Of a stretch of 64,000 nt of DNA, positions 12,614 through 25,330 are shown piece by piece. A program made the position numbers and the translations under genes. Within the stretch, counting starts at the first letter, position 1, and each line of letters starts with the position of its first letter. Source of the stretch: Ranitomeya imitator (lineage: Eukaryota); NCBI RefSeq assembly GCF_032444005.1, contig NC_091288.1, forward strand, positions 172,732,001-172,796,000. Reading direction: 5' to 3'. The notes beneath the pieces are model-generated. The model worked only from the letters and a program-made list of their open reading frames with translations. It was not told where the DNA came from and searched no databases.

Positions 12614-14730
12614 GTAGTAATCACTCTCTGGTCGCAATATGCCTTTATAGTAAACTCGCACCTTTAGTTTTATCAATAGTCATATACCCCATATCACATG
12701 TGTAATAGAGGCCACACACTATAACTCACGCGAAGGTGATTCAGCCACACATACAATACAACTATGTGATTATTAATTACTCTTGATATATACATATTTT
12801 CACTGCACACAAATCAAAACAAATGAGCGATCTTATCGAAACTCATTTCCTTGACAGGTAATGTGATTCACTAAAAAGCAGACAGGGAAAACGCACTTGT
12901 AAAGCCAAACATTTGATGCCAAAATGTTGCTCCATAGAAGCTGGCAGAGAACCAGCTACCGGGGCAGCTGCCAAGAATGGATTGCTCTGTGCAGTGACTT
13001 TTATCCTGTAACTCAGCTGAAACGGCTTCTGAAACAGTTTTTTCAGGACTGGCCTTCTCCACATGAAACAGATCTGACCGTGATGAAGCAAAGTGAACAT
13101 TGAGATCATCTCATGTAGATAAGTCTCGCTGGGGTAGATTTCATGCTTCACAATATTAATCCTCACACTGACAAAATACTCTGAGAATATGATTCGAACT
13201 CAAGCGCAGACATTTTTTTTCCCCTCAGACTGAAAATATGGAGGCGACTTCATTCATTTGTTGATTGCACAGTTCGGCATTAGTCAGAGGATATAAAGAA
13301 CTTGAATGTGTTCCAGTAATTATATATAATGTCAATCCAAAGACCCGGGCAAAAGAAAAGTTTATGCCGTTTTGTCATGATATTCCTACTTAACCATTTA
13401 GCCATTCTGGAAGCAATTACATCATTGGAAGTTATGCTGAACCCATTCACGACCTTGGCCGTATCCATACGTCCAGTCACTAGTTACTTACCGACCTTGG
13501 ACGTATGGATACATGATAATGGGCGATCGGCGTCGAATGTTAGCAGATTCAGATAGCTGACACTCGGCATTCATTGCCAGGAAAGGTGCCGCACCGCTCC
13601 CGTCACTTTAATCCCCTAAATACTAGCGATCACAGCATATAGCAGGTATGTAGAGGGAGGAAGCCACCTCTGCACTCCGATCAGTGCGCGGTGCTGGTGC
13701 ATTGCAATGCATTAGAACTGCAGTCAGACTGCAAAAAGTGAAAGTCCCATAGATGGACTTACTAAAAAAGTTAAAAGAAGTTTTTAAAAAAAAAAATTGT
13801 AAAAATATTTTTTTTAAATCACCAAATAGTAATAAAAAATAAAAAATATATTGTACCCATAAATAAATATTTTTACGAAAAAACAAAAAAAGTACACATA
13901 TTTGGTATTGCTGCGACCCAACCTATAAAACTCTCCTGCCAATTAACTCTTTCAGTGAGCACTGTTAAAAAAAAAAAAAAAGTGAAGCAAAAAATGCTGC
14001 TTTTTCATTATACCACCGAACAAATAGTGGAATAAAACGCAATAAAAGAGACAAATGTTTATAAGAAAGGAGCTGCTGAAAACGTCATCTTGTCCCGCAA
14101 AAAACAAGCCGCCATACAGCTCCATCAGCAGAAAAATAACAGTCATAGCACTCAGAATAAAGCGATGCAAACGTAAGTATCTTTTTATATAAAATAGTTT
14201 TCATTGTGTAAAAGCGCCAAAGCATAAAAAATTATATAAATGTAATATCGCTGTAATCGTACTGACCAGAACAATAAAGCTGCCTTATCAATTTTACCTC
14301 ACACAGAACGGCATTAAAAAAAAATTCCTGCATTGCTGGTGTTTGTTGTTCATTCTGCCTCCTAAAAATCGGAAGAGAAAGTGATAAAAAAATGTCATGT
14401 GCCCGAAAATGGTACAAAAAAACCCATCAACTCGTCCCACAAAAAAACAAGGCATCACATTACTCTGTTGGTAGAAACATAGAAAAATTATAGCTCTCAA
14501 AATATGGCTATACAAAAACTTGTTATTGCAAAAAAAAAACAGTCTTTTAGTATGTGACAGCAGCCAAACATAAAAATCCTATATAAATCTGGTATCGCTG
14601 TAATCGCACCGACCCGAAGAATAAAGTCATCTAATCACTTAGACCAAATGAGGAACGGCAAAAAAAATAAATAAAAGCATTTCTTCACCTGCTGTTTATT
14701 TTTTCATTCTGCCTCCCAAAGATAACACTA

Positions 14731-15115
14731 AGGCTTGGCGCAAATTTATCTTGAGCTCTATGCTGAGCGCTTGCACTGGGGTTTCCGTGTACATTTCTGA
14801 AACACGTGATTCAGACGGAACCCCCTGTGGAAAATTCCCTATAATGAAACAGATGGAGACACTGTTGATGCCGTCTGGCCTGTGCTCCGGGGATGACCAT
14901 CTTTTTAAGAATGAATAAAAGTGCCGTCAGTCACAGTTTTGTTCACCTCTGAAAAGAAGGACAAATCTGAACAGAGGCCAGACGGAGTCCAGAGTAACTC
15001 TGCTGCCACATTATAGTAAATGGATCCCTTGGGGTTTCATCTGAATCACTAGAAGATTTAGATGGAAACCCCATTGTAAGTGCTCAGCGCAGAGCACAGG
15101 GTAAATGTGATCCCA
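14731..15115. mobile_element. Palindromic MITE
   Basis: Inverted arms GCTCTATGCTGAGCGCTTGCAC…/…GTAAGTGCTCAGCGCAGAGC; TA/TAA flanks. Confidence 0.6.
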
Positions 15116-16404
15116 TACGTTATGGAAAATGTTCCTAGCAAAAGCCTCAAATCAATATGCAAAAATAGAAAGTCCTCACTCAGGTCCATTATCTGTCAAT
15201 GCAAATATAGGGGGCTTCAAAGTTACTGATAGTACCAAGGGTGTGGAAAAACAAAATGGCTCCTAACCCCCCAAAAGAAATGCAGTGAATTCTGTGCTTC
15301 CAAATCCAAATGCCCTTCTCCCTTCTGAGCCCCAGTGTGCCTAAACCAATTTTAGTGTCCACATCTTTGGCATTTTTGTAACAATGAGATCTCGCTTAAT
15401 TTACCAGTATAGGTCTCCAGATGCAAAAGCTGGGCACAATGTACTGGTTACTCCAACGAACTGGTCACTACAATGGCAGTTTGCAAATTTCACTCAGCAA
15501 CATCCACTACTGCTTGTTTATGGAAAACATCCATGGAGTCAAAATCATCACTACATCTGTATATAAATTGCCAAAGGGGTATAATTTCCCAAATGGGGTC
15601 AGTTGAAGGGGGATTCTGCACTTCTAGCACTTAGGGGCTCTGTATTTGGAGTCTCCAAACTATTCTAGGAATATTTGTACTCTAGGAGGCGAATAGCTTG
15701 CCGTCCCTCTTAAGTCTCGCCATATTGCTAAGCAGTACTGTACAGCCTCATATGGTGTATTTCTACATTCAGCAGAAATTGTGGGACACATTTTGGTGCC
15801 ATTTTTACCCATTTTCCAGTGTGAAAATATAAATTCTGGGACTAAAACAAAAGTTTGGTGGTATAAATGTAGTTATTTTTTTCTTCACAGCCCAATCATA
15901 CAAAATTCTGTGATCCACCTGTGGTGTCAATATGATCACTGCACACCTAGATACATTTATTGAGAGGTGTAGTTTGTAAAATGGGATCTCCTGTAGGCAG
16001 GCTCGGACTGGCCCACCGGGGAACTGGAGGATCCTCCAGTGGGCCCTGGCACTGACACCTGCTGGCAGGGCCCCCAGTGCTCCAGGCCCCCCCCCAGCGA
16101 TGGTCTCGGCGTCTGCACTGCAGCTTGTCCTGAACGAGCGGTCACGTGACACCGCTCATTAAGGTAATTGAATATGCGCATATTCATGACCTTAAATGAG
16201 CTGTGTCACATGACCGCTCAAGCAGGAAGAAGGTGCTGCGCCGGCGCCGCCGCCTGGAGTCGGGACAGAGCGCAAGGGATGTCGGCACGGCCATGCAGTG
16301 GGACAGGTGAGTATGAGGGAAGGGGGGACGGGGGGACGGAGGGGGGATGAAGGAGGAACGAGGACATAAGCCGGCGCGCCGCGCAGGAGCGGGTGCGGAG
16401 AGAT

Positions 16405-17110
16405 AAGCCTGCATACAGGGGGGAATATGAGCCATGCATACAGGGGGAATATAAGCCATGCATACAGGGGGGAATGTAAGCCATGCATACAGGAGGGGGG
16501 AATATAAGCCATGCATACAGGGGCGGAATATAAGCCATGCATACAGGGGCGGAATATAAGCCATGCATACAGGGGCGGAATATAAGCCATGCATACAGGG
16601 GGGAATATAAGCCATGCATACAGGGGCGGAATATAAGCCATGCATACAGGGGGGAATATAAGCCATGCATACAGGGGCGGAATATAAGCCATGCATACAG
16701 GGGCGGAATATAAGCCATGCATACAGGGGGGAATATAAGCCATGCATACAGGGGGGAATATAAGCCATGCATACAGGGGCGGAATATAAGCCATGCATAC
16801 AGGGGGAATATAAGCCATGCATACAGGGGGGAATATAAGCCATGCATACAGGGGGGAATATAAGCCATGCATACAGGGGCGGAATATAAGCCATGCATAC
16901 AGGGGGGAATATAAGCCATGCATACAGGGGCAGAAATAAGCCATGCATACAGGGGCGGAATATGAGCCATGCATACAGGGGCGGACTATGAGCCATGCAT
17001 ACAGGGGGGGGGATATGAGCCATGCATAGGGGGGGAATATGAGCCATGCATACAGGAGGGGTAATACGAGCTATGTATATGGGATGGGAGGGAGATGAGC
17101 CATGCATACA
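16405..17110. repeat. ~24-25 bp minisatellite (GCCATGCATACAGGGGGGAATATAA)n
   Basis: Directly visible tandem unit with variable G-run length. Confidence 0.95.
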
Positions 17111-17119
17111 GGAGGGGGG

Positions 17120-17605
17120 TCATTATACAGTATTGAGCATCATGTGTGGCCGTTATACAGTATGGAGCATCACGTGTGGCCATTATACAGTATGGAGCAT
17201 CATGTGTGGCCATTATACAGTATGGAGCATCATGTGTGGCCATTATACAGTATGGAGCATCATGTGTGGCCATTATACAGTATGGAGCATCATGTGTGGC
17301 CGTTATACAGTAAGGAGTATCATTTGTGGCCATTATACAGTATTGAGCATTATGTGGGATCATTATACAGTATGGAGAACTGTATGGCCGTTATACAGTA
17401 TGGAGCACTATGTGTGTCTGGCCATTATACACTATGGAGCATCATGTGTAGCCATTATACAGTATGAAGAACTGTGTGTGGCCATTATACAGTATGCAGC
17501 ATCATGTGTGGCCATTATACAGTATGGAGCATAATGTGTGGTGGCCGTTATACAGTATTGAGCATCATGTGTGGCCATTATACAGTATGGAGCATTGTGT
17601 GGCCA
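17120..17605. repeat. 30-bp minisatellite (GGCCATTATACAGTATGGAGCATCATGTGT)n
   Basis: Tandem unit; 10-aa periodicity in the ORF track. Confidence 0.95.
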
Positions 17606-18029
17606 TATTTTTGTTTGCTTATAATTATTGTATATAAAACAGTGTGATCAGCAGTGCTAAATGGCTGCGGTTGGGACGTGGATATGGGTGTGACTAGTTG
17701 TGAAATGGGTGTGGTCAGAGGCGTGGCCTAAAATTTGCGCGCCGCAAACTTTATGCCTCCTTCCCTTCTTCAAAAGTTGGGAGGTATGGTACCGCATTTG
17801 CCAGATCACCGCAAGTGCCGCAAATCCCATAGGGAATGAATGAGGCCGAACGCAGTGTTGCCATAAGTGATCTGTTACGCGGCAGATGCAGAAAAACTGC
17901 CAGATCTGCTGCAAAAGGCGACTTTCACATCAGCGATTCTTGCCAAAGTCACTGCCGATAGTGTCATACTCACCAAAAGGGGAGGCAGCGCTAAAAGTGC
18001 CTAGGGCAGCAGAAACTCTAAATACGGCC

Positions 18030-18385
18030 CTGGGTGGCTACATTATATTCTGTGGGGGGACTGCATTATACTCAGGGTACTACATTATATTATGGGGGGC
18101 TACATCATACTATATGAGGGGTTACAGTATACTCTATGGGGGGCTGCATTATATTCTGTGGTGGAACTGCATTCTCTCAGGGGACTACATTATATTCTGT
18201 GGTGGGTGGCATTATACTATATGAGGGGGGCTGCATTATACCCTATGGGGTGCTACATTATATTCTATGGTGGGGACTGCATCATACCTGAGAGGGTTGC
18301 ATTATATTTTGTGGGGTGCTGCATTATATTCTATGAGAGGGGACTGCATTATATTTTATGAGGGGGCTACATTATGTTCTGTGAG
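18030..18385. repeat. Degenerate ~21-bp minisatellite (CTGCATTATATTCTATGGGGG-like)
   Basis: Recurrent CATTATATTCT…GGG unit. Confidence 0.8.
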
Positions 18386-19089
18386 GGGACTACCCCAACC
18401 CTTGCTACATTATTAAGACGTGAACTACCTTATATTATACCCTGATATTAGCGCTTTTTACCGCATAATTGGTAGTCTTGTATTTATTTCTATGTAGCTA
18501 CATAGTGGGCCCCAAGAATGATTTTCTCTGGTGGGCTCAAGGTGCTCCAGTCCGACGCTGCCTGTTCTGGCACCTTAGGGGCTCTGCCAATATGACATGG
18601 CTCCCTCAAACCAGTCCAGGAAAATCTGAACTCCAATATGGCACTTCTTTCCCTTCTGAGCTGTGTACTTTGCCTCACAAGTAGTTTTCGACCATATATT
18701 TGATATTGGCATACTCAGGAGAAATTGCACAACAAAGTGACAAAATGCGGGGCTAAAACAACATTTTCGTGAATTTTTTTCTTCTCATTTTTGCAGTTCA
18801 ACATTGTAAAATTCTGCGAAACACTTGTGGGTTCAAGTTGCTCACCAAATATCTAGATATTTCATTGAGGGGTCTAGTTTCCAAAATGGGGCACTTGTGG
18901 GGGGTTTCCACTGTTTAGGCACATCAGGGGCTCTCCAAACGCAACAAGACACCGGCAGACCATTTAATCAACGTTTGAGTTCCAAAACATCATTCCATCC
19001 TTTCTGAGCCCTGCTGTGCACCCTGACAGTACTTTTTATACCGCATATTGGGTATATGCGTACCTAGGATAACTTTTCATCTCTTCTTT

Positions 19090-19610
19090 CTAAGGCGGAG
19101 AGGTCTTCTGAAACTGTGCTATATCAGAAGGCCATTGTGAAAAATATGTTGAAAAAATTCCCATCAGACAACACTAGCAATAGGGAGCAAGCTTCCTAGC
19201 CCAACTCAGGAGGAAAAGTGAGGGAGACAGACACCAGGTACAGCAGAGGCAGGGGTACACTGTCAAAGGCTTTGTCCAATTTCATGACATGCTACCAGCA
19301 TCCATGCCCTCATGAACAGGTATTTTTGATAAGGAGGGAAAAGTTTAAAAAGATGGTCAAGCATTACCTGGCTGACCAAACTAGTGTACTCCCTAATTCA
19401 TTTGCGACCTTCAGCTATTGGGTCTAAAAGTTGGACACCTGGCATGAGCTGTCCCTCTATGCATTGTAAGTCTTGTGCTGCCCTGCCACTAGCTTCTTGT
19501 CTGAGTGGATTTTTAGTAGGGGGTCATAACAGACATACGCTTTCGCCTGGTAACAGAAAATGCTAACAGGCTCACTCTGATAACAATGAAAAATGCCTGG
19601 CTTAGACCCA
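19090..19610 (+). pseudogene. hAT transposase C-terminal (hATC) remnant
   Basis: FSYWV*KLDTWHELSLYAL*VLCCPATSFLSEWIFS parallels FDYWASKLDTWPELAEYALQELACPAASVLSERVFS of the intact ORF at 41949-45524. Confidence 0.8.
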
Positions 19611-21519
19611 ACTTTTACATACCACTAGATGATATCAACACATAAAGTGTTTTGAATGTTCTTTATTTGAACGAAGCCGGCCAGTTGTTGCCTTCTAGGG
19701 TCTATGGATGAACCTGCTTATAATTTTTTTCCTGGCTTTGCTCTTTGTGCAAAGCCTTTATGAGTGTAGGAATGCCACAACTACACTTTGTTCACAATAT
19801 TTGATTCAGGCAATGCAGTTGGTGCCTTCAAGTGTGTATGAATGACCCTGCTTGTAATTTTTGGCAGGATTTGCACTTAGTGCATATCCTTTATGAGTCA
19901 GTGAATACCAATAGATGCCAATTTGAATAGAATGTGTATGAGGCTCTACTTTCTGTCTAATACAGGGTGTATCTGAGCCCTCTGAGTCCCTAATTTTTGG
20001 CAGTTCTTGCTTCCTTCATAAATTAGATTGAAATTTCCAATTTTCTTTTGTAAAAAAATCAGTTTTCTTAAATTACATATTTTTAAAATTCTTCTTAAAT
20101 AATTTGCCTTATATCAAGTCATTATAAAGGAAAACATGTTTCTTATCAAAATTTTCCCTGTAAAATACAATTTCTCGCCAATTTGGAATATGTTATTGTC
20201 ATTCCTTAAAGTAGAGTAAAAGTGTGACACCATTGTTCTCAGAAGCGATCTGGGATTCAGAGATGCTTCCAAGGGTCTAACCCATCCTGTTCTCCTTCCA
20301 TTCAGCATTTTATCCATCGATTTCAACGTTTTCACTGCCCCCAGACTTCTTTTGTAAGGTCTGCTGGAAAAATGCTTGGATTTCCCATTGACTCCCATTA
20401 TACTCGTTACTTGAAATGAGCATTTGAGCATTAGGAATTGCTCGGTTCGAGGATATCTAGAATATTATGGTAGCTTATTATTTTACTTTTACCTGAGTGA
20501 ATGAAAGATTTTTTTCTGAAATGAATATAGTAGAATTAAAATAGAACAGGTCTAATACGGTACAAGTCAAAATCAAGGCTTTACAAGCAACTATGTCAGA
20601 ATAGTAAGCATTTAATTTTGAATCCACAACTATAGGCAGATTTCCAGGACAGTGTAGTTTTTAATCCACACAAGACGTTTCTTGCATCATATTGCTTCTT
20701 GAGCGACATGAATTTTCTGGGACAAACTCAGCATTGTTGACCATTGCATAATCTCTCCTTCCAATTTTGACTCAATTGTGGTTAGTGTGATAATCCTATA
20801 ATAATACAATTACATAGGTTATGGCCTTTTATTTAATGCAATGGTGATAAAATGATATAATTATCAAAGCAGTACAATACATAGATGCACACATTATTTG
20901 GTAGAATCAGAATTACTTCAAAAAGCATTTTCAAGCTGTGATACTTTCAAAAGACAGTGCTTCTACAAGTGCTTCTCACAACATTAGAATATCATCAAAA
21001 AGTTATTTTATTTCAGTTCTTCAATACAAAAAGTGAAACTCATATATTATATAGAGTCATTACAAACAGAGTGATCTATTTCAAGTGTTTATTTCTGTCA
21101 ATGTTGATGATTATAGCTTACAGCCAATGAAAACCCCAAAATCATTATCTTAGTAAATTAGAATACTTTACAACACCAGGTTGAAAAATTATTGTAAAAT
21201 CCAAAATGTTGACCTACTGAAATGTATCATTATTATTTATTATTATTGTGCAATTTATTCCATGGTGCTTTACATGTGAGGGGGGGGGGGGGGGGTGAAT
21301 ATATAATAAAAACAAGTACAGTAATCTTAAACAATACAAGTCCCGACTGGTGCAGGATGTATGTTCAGTAAATGCACTCAATACTCGGTCAGGGTTCCTT
21401 CTAATCCTTCTGCATCAATTACTGCATCAATGCGGCGTGGCATGGAGGCAATCAGCCTGTGGCACTGCTGAGGTATATTATATGGATGACTATGGTGGTG
21501 CACTATAAATGGAGGGCTA

Positions 21520-21785
21520 TGGGCTGTGCATTATACTATATGGAGGATTATGGGCTGTGCATTATACTATATGGAGGATTATGGGCTGTGCATTATACTA
21601 TATGGAGGACTATGGGCTGTGCATTATACTATATGGAGGATTATGGGCTGTGCATTATACTATAGGGAGGACTATGGGCTGTGCATTATACTATCTGGAG
21701 GATTATGGGCTGTGCATTATACTATATGGAGGATTATGGGCTGTGCATTATACTATATGGGGGACTATGGGTTGTGCATTATGCT
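21520..21785. repeat. 31-bp minisatellite (TGGGCTGTGCATTATACTATATGGAGGATTA)n, about 8 copies
   Basis: Directly visible. Confidence 0.95.
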
Positions 21786-21800
21786 ATATGTATGGTATTG

Positions 21801-23115
21801 TAGAATTTACAATGGATATCACTTATGTAATTTAAGACGTAAGTGAAATCTTTGGCATTGTACTATACCTATATTTCTGCCATATCTGGGCATCATGAAT
21901 TGTGTTATGTGTTAAGACTCTTTTGCCCAGGGCTCACGAAAACCTGGAGCATGCCCTTCCTGCGACTGCTAGGCTTTTGGAAAGAGAGAGTTCAGCCTTG
22001 GTTGGTCTCATCATCTTTGTTACTGCACCGACTCCCATAAGAATTTCAGACATCTGACTTAGAACATCGCATAGCACTTGGACCAGTGTTATTCTATGGC
22101 GCAGTTCAGATCTGCGATTCGGCAATGATAAGACAATTACAGCATGCTGCAATTGCATCAGAGAATCAGATCGCACTCACCCATACAAGTCCATGGGTGC
22201 GTGTCAAACACCAGACTATACTTGGACATCATCCGAGAGCAGTCCAATGATAGCAGATGCCAGGTAATGGAGGAGATGGAGAAATTACTTTCTCTGTCTC
22301 CTTCGCACCTGTGTGAGATAATCAGATCACAGTGCACTGACGCTTGGCTCAAGTTCTGACTGAGTTTGAGCTGTGTGTCGTTTGCATAATCGGCCCGATT
22401 CTGTTGCACGAGACACCATATGTTCATGTGACTGCAGCCTTACTGTCATCTCCCGAGATCTCGGGACGAGATCTGAATCTGAGCATGCGCCGCCCCCAGC
22501 GGCCATTTTCTCAGAGGCCACCGCATCGCAGCAATGGAGCTGCTGGTGCCTCCGGGCTTTGAGGAATTGGGAAATGCTGGAGGAGCCCCGACTCTGCATG
22601 AAGATACACCGCCCCACAGCACAGAGCCCTGACGCTGCACGAAGAGGAGCCGTCTCCCCACAGCACAGCACCCACGCGGCACAAAGAGGAGCAGCCGCCG
22701 CCGCTCCCCAGCACAGAGACCCCACGCTGCTACAATGAGGTAATAGGGGGATACTCCACTCACACTTTCCTGAGAGACGCCCCTTCTTCGTCATCGGGAC
22801 CACTTTCCCCCACCCACCATATACACATTGGTCTGCACCCGGCGTACAAGACGACACCCGGCATATAAGACGACCCCCAACTTTTAAGAAGATTTTCAGG
22901 GGTTAAAAAGTCATCTTATATGCCGGAAAATACGGTACTCCAGAAGCACAGCCCATCTAACATGTTTTATCCAACTGGATCCACTAAAAAGATCATAAGG
23001 CATCTTTATTACAAAACCAATAATGAGACAGAGATATATAGCCTGAATTGTATATTTAAATACATACTTTAGCAAAAAAAAAAATCAATTACTATATATA
23101 GTAAAAGGTAACATA
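21801..23115 (+). repeat. Local segmental duplication, copy 1 (contains the empty hAT site)
   Basis: Aligns with 33848-34838 plus 49993-50117; single ATCATAAG at 22992-22999. Confidence 0.9.
22451..22935. mobile_element. One-ended Tc2/pogo-type MITE
   Basis: Ends …GCCGGAAAATACGG|TA (CCGTA-type terminus). Absent from copy 2, which instead has about 290 bp (34490-34775) missing here. Confidence 0.65.
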
Positions 23116-23402
23116 TATTGTATGGTAAATTATAAAGGCTATATGAGCATTGCTATACGGAGACCAACAATGTCAATAGACAAGGGGAAGAAAGAGGTAT
23201 GAGTAAGAGTCCGTTAAGACTGAACAATCAGCAGCATGATACGACCGCCGATTGGTAAAATGTATACTGATCGCAAGTCGTTTGAATGCCTGTTAAGACA
23301 GGCAGACTAAAGGCAATAATGTTCGTTGAGCGATCTATGCTGGATTGCTCAAATGCCCCCTAAGATAGCACTATAATGCTATATAAAGTATAAGTACATT
23401 TT

Positions 23403-23540
23403 CAGTGGCATATAAAAGTTTGGGCACCCCTGGACAAAATTACTGTTATTGTGGACAGTTAAGTAAGTTGCCAATCAAATGATCTCTTAAATGTCTAAAG
23501 TTAAAGATGACATATTTCCTTTGTATTTTAGGCAAAAAAA

Positions 23541-23560
<20 letters not shown>
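23403..23560. mobile_element. Tc1 terminal inverted repeat fragment, same family as 3189
   Basis: CAGTGGCATATAAAAGTTTGGGCACCCC… matches 3189-3325. Confidence 0.85.
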
Positions 23561-23580
<20 letters not shown>

Positions 23581-23585
23581 TACAT

Positions 23586-24454
23586 AATTGTCTAAGAGGT
23601 ACTTCCGTCTGTCTGTCTGTCCTTCTGTCACGGATATTCATTGGTCCTGGCCTCTGTGTATCATGGAAATCCAAGTCGCTGATTGGTCGCCGCAAAACAG
23701 CCACGACCAATCAGCGACGGGCACAGTCCGGAAGAAAATGGCCGCTCCATACTCCCCGCAGTCAGTGGCCGGTGCCCGCTCCCCGCACTCACTGTCCCCA
23801 GCGTTGGATCCCAGGAAGCGGCGAGATGGGACGCTGAAGAGCAGTGTGTCCAGCATATTGCCCCAGTGCCCGGCAATCTGCCCCAGTGTGTCCAGCATTG
23901 CCCCCAGACATTGTGTCCAGCAATCTGCCCCAGTGTGTCCAGCAAATTACCCCCAGTGTGTCCAGCAATCTGCCCCAGTATGTCCAGCATATTGCCCCAG
24001 TGTCCAGCAATCTGCCCCAGTATGTCCAGCATTGCCCCCAGACAGTGTGTCCAGCAATCTGCCCCAGTGTGTCCAGCATTGCCCCCAGACAGTGTGTCCA
24101 CCAGCAATCTGCCCCAGTGTGTCCAGCATATTGCCCACCGACCGTGTCCAGCATTCTGGCCCGCCTGGGCCCCCCGGATTGCCGTTAGCAAAAAAAAAAA
24201 CCAGAGTTCTCCTCTCCCTCCAGCAGCGCGCACTCGCCAGCGACTGACAATGACGTCAGACGCCGGCGACGTGTGCCCTGCGCCTGTGGCTGACTTCAGC
24301 TGCCAGCCTCCAATTGGCTGGCGGCTGTTGTTAACTATTGACGTGCGGGCGTTGTTGAAGACCAACAACTGCACAGCCTGCTTCAGTGCCACTTTACCTT
24401 TCCGGCCAGGATCCCTATCACTGCCCAACCTATTTAGGGAGGGTAAGATACTAG
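23586..24454 (+). mobile_element. Helitron-like non-autonomous element with a CCCCAGTGTGTCCAGCA minisatellite at 23840-24150
   Basis: Begins in a (TA)n tract, ends …CTAG|T, no TIRs or TSD seen. The expected 3' hairpin is weak. Confidence 0.45.
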
Positions 24455-24479
24455 TAGTTTTTGACATCAGGGGTTAGGG

Positions 24480-25330
24480 ATATAGATGTTATTGGCTATT
24501 ACTTGAAGGAAAATATTTTCTTGCCATCATCTGTTTCCACTTGGACCCCCTGCTTAGGGAGTATTATCATGTGTGCCTGGATGTAATCCAGGATCCTGGT
24601 TTTGGTGGTATGGGTGGTAGTTGATCTTATTTACATTATGCCCATATGCTGGCAATACTGACTCTGGTATTTATTTACTGTTGCATATGAGCTGTACAAA
24701 GTTGTTCACTATGCCACTGCATTTATCTGTTATTTTGTATTGACCCGTCACCCCAGGTCACATTATGGGGTTTTTAAGTGTTTTTATGTATTTTTTCTAA
24801 AGTTCCCTTAATAAAGTTTTATTTTGTGTACTATTGTTGTATTATTGTGGTGATCCCAATCTTTATGCATACACTTCTCTCTTGTTTGGTCTTTTGCAAA
24901 TTAATCACTTGTAAGCACACAGTGCTATACAATATGATGATTAACACAGCCTCTCGAGGAAGCTCACCACGCAAAATGCGCGTCGGGGCTGTGGCAATCA
25001 TGCTCATCATCCCACATGGGTAAGCACCTTATGATAGCACTGTTTATGGCACTTTATGCATATCATTAGTACTTAGTTTTACATCACATGCTAGGTTGTG
25101 TGGGAGGATTATTGTCGCATGGACCTTCCCCCTTAAAGCGACAAGAGTCTCTTCACAACCGTTTGATACATGACCATTCAACTTGTACATGACTTACCTT
25201 GTACCTGCCAGGTTGATTTTATCATGACATGAGCTATCTGTGATATACTGTTTTTGCCATGTCTTCACCATTTAAACCCATTTTTTATGATGTCTCTTTT
25301 GTTTTTTGTGTGCGTGAGAACTTCATAAAC
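24480..25330 (+). mobile_element. Penelope-like fragment with a decayed hammerhead motif at 24948-24990
   Basis: AGCCTC-TCGAGGA-AGC tcaccac GC-AAAA-TGCGC-GTC-GGGGCT; AT-rich context with AATAAAG. Boundaries approximate. Confidence 0.45.

Larger units (their letters stand above)
15998..18560. mobile_element. Non-autonomous hAT element carrying minisatellites
   Basis: TIRs CAGGCTCGGACTGG / CCAGTCCGACGCTG; partial TSD CCTGTAGG/CCTGTTCT; an internal second terminus (AAGTTGGGAGGTATG ending at 17788) suggests a composite. Confidence 0.65.
13442..19050. mobile_element. Large degenerate non-autonomous TTAA-CCC (piggyBac-like) element with nested insertions
   Basis: Starts TGAA|CCCATTCACGACC, like the start at 31758; repeated GGTATCGCTGTAATCG motifs. 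Right boundary uncertain. Confidence 0.45.

Noticed and set aside
16184-17534. ORFs of 120-307 aa with Cys/Tyr/Met repeats
   Set aside because: Minisatellite translations.
23588-24477. Overlapping 219-268 aa ORFs
   Set aside because: Arise from a GC-rich repeat with a minisatellite; no domain evidence.
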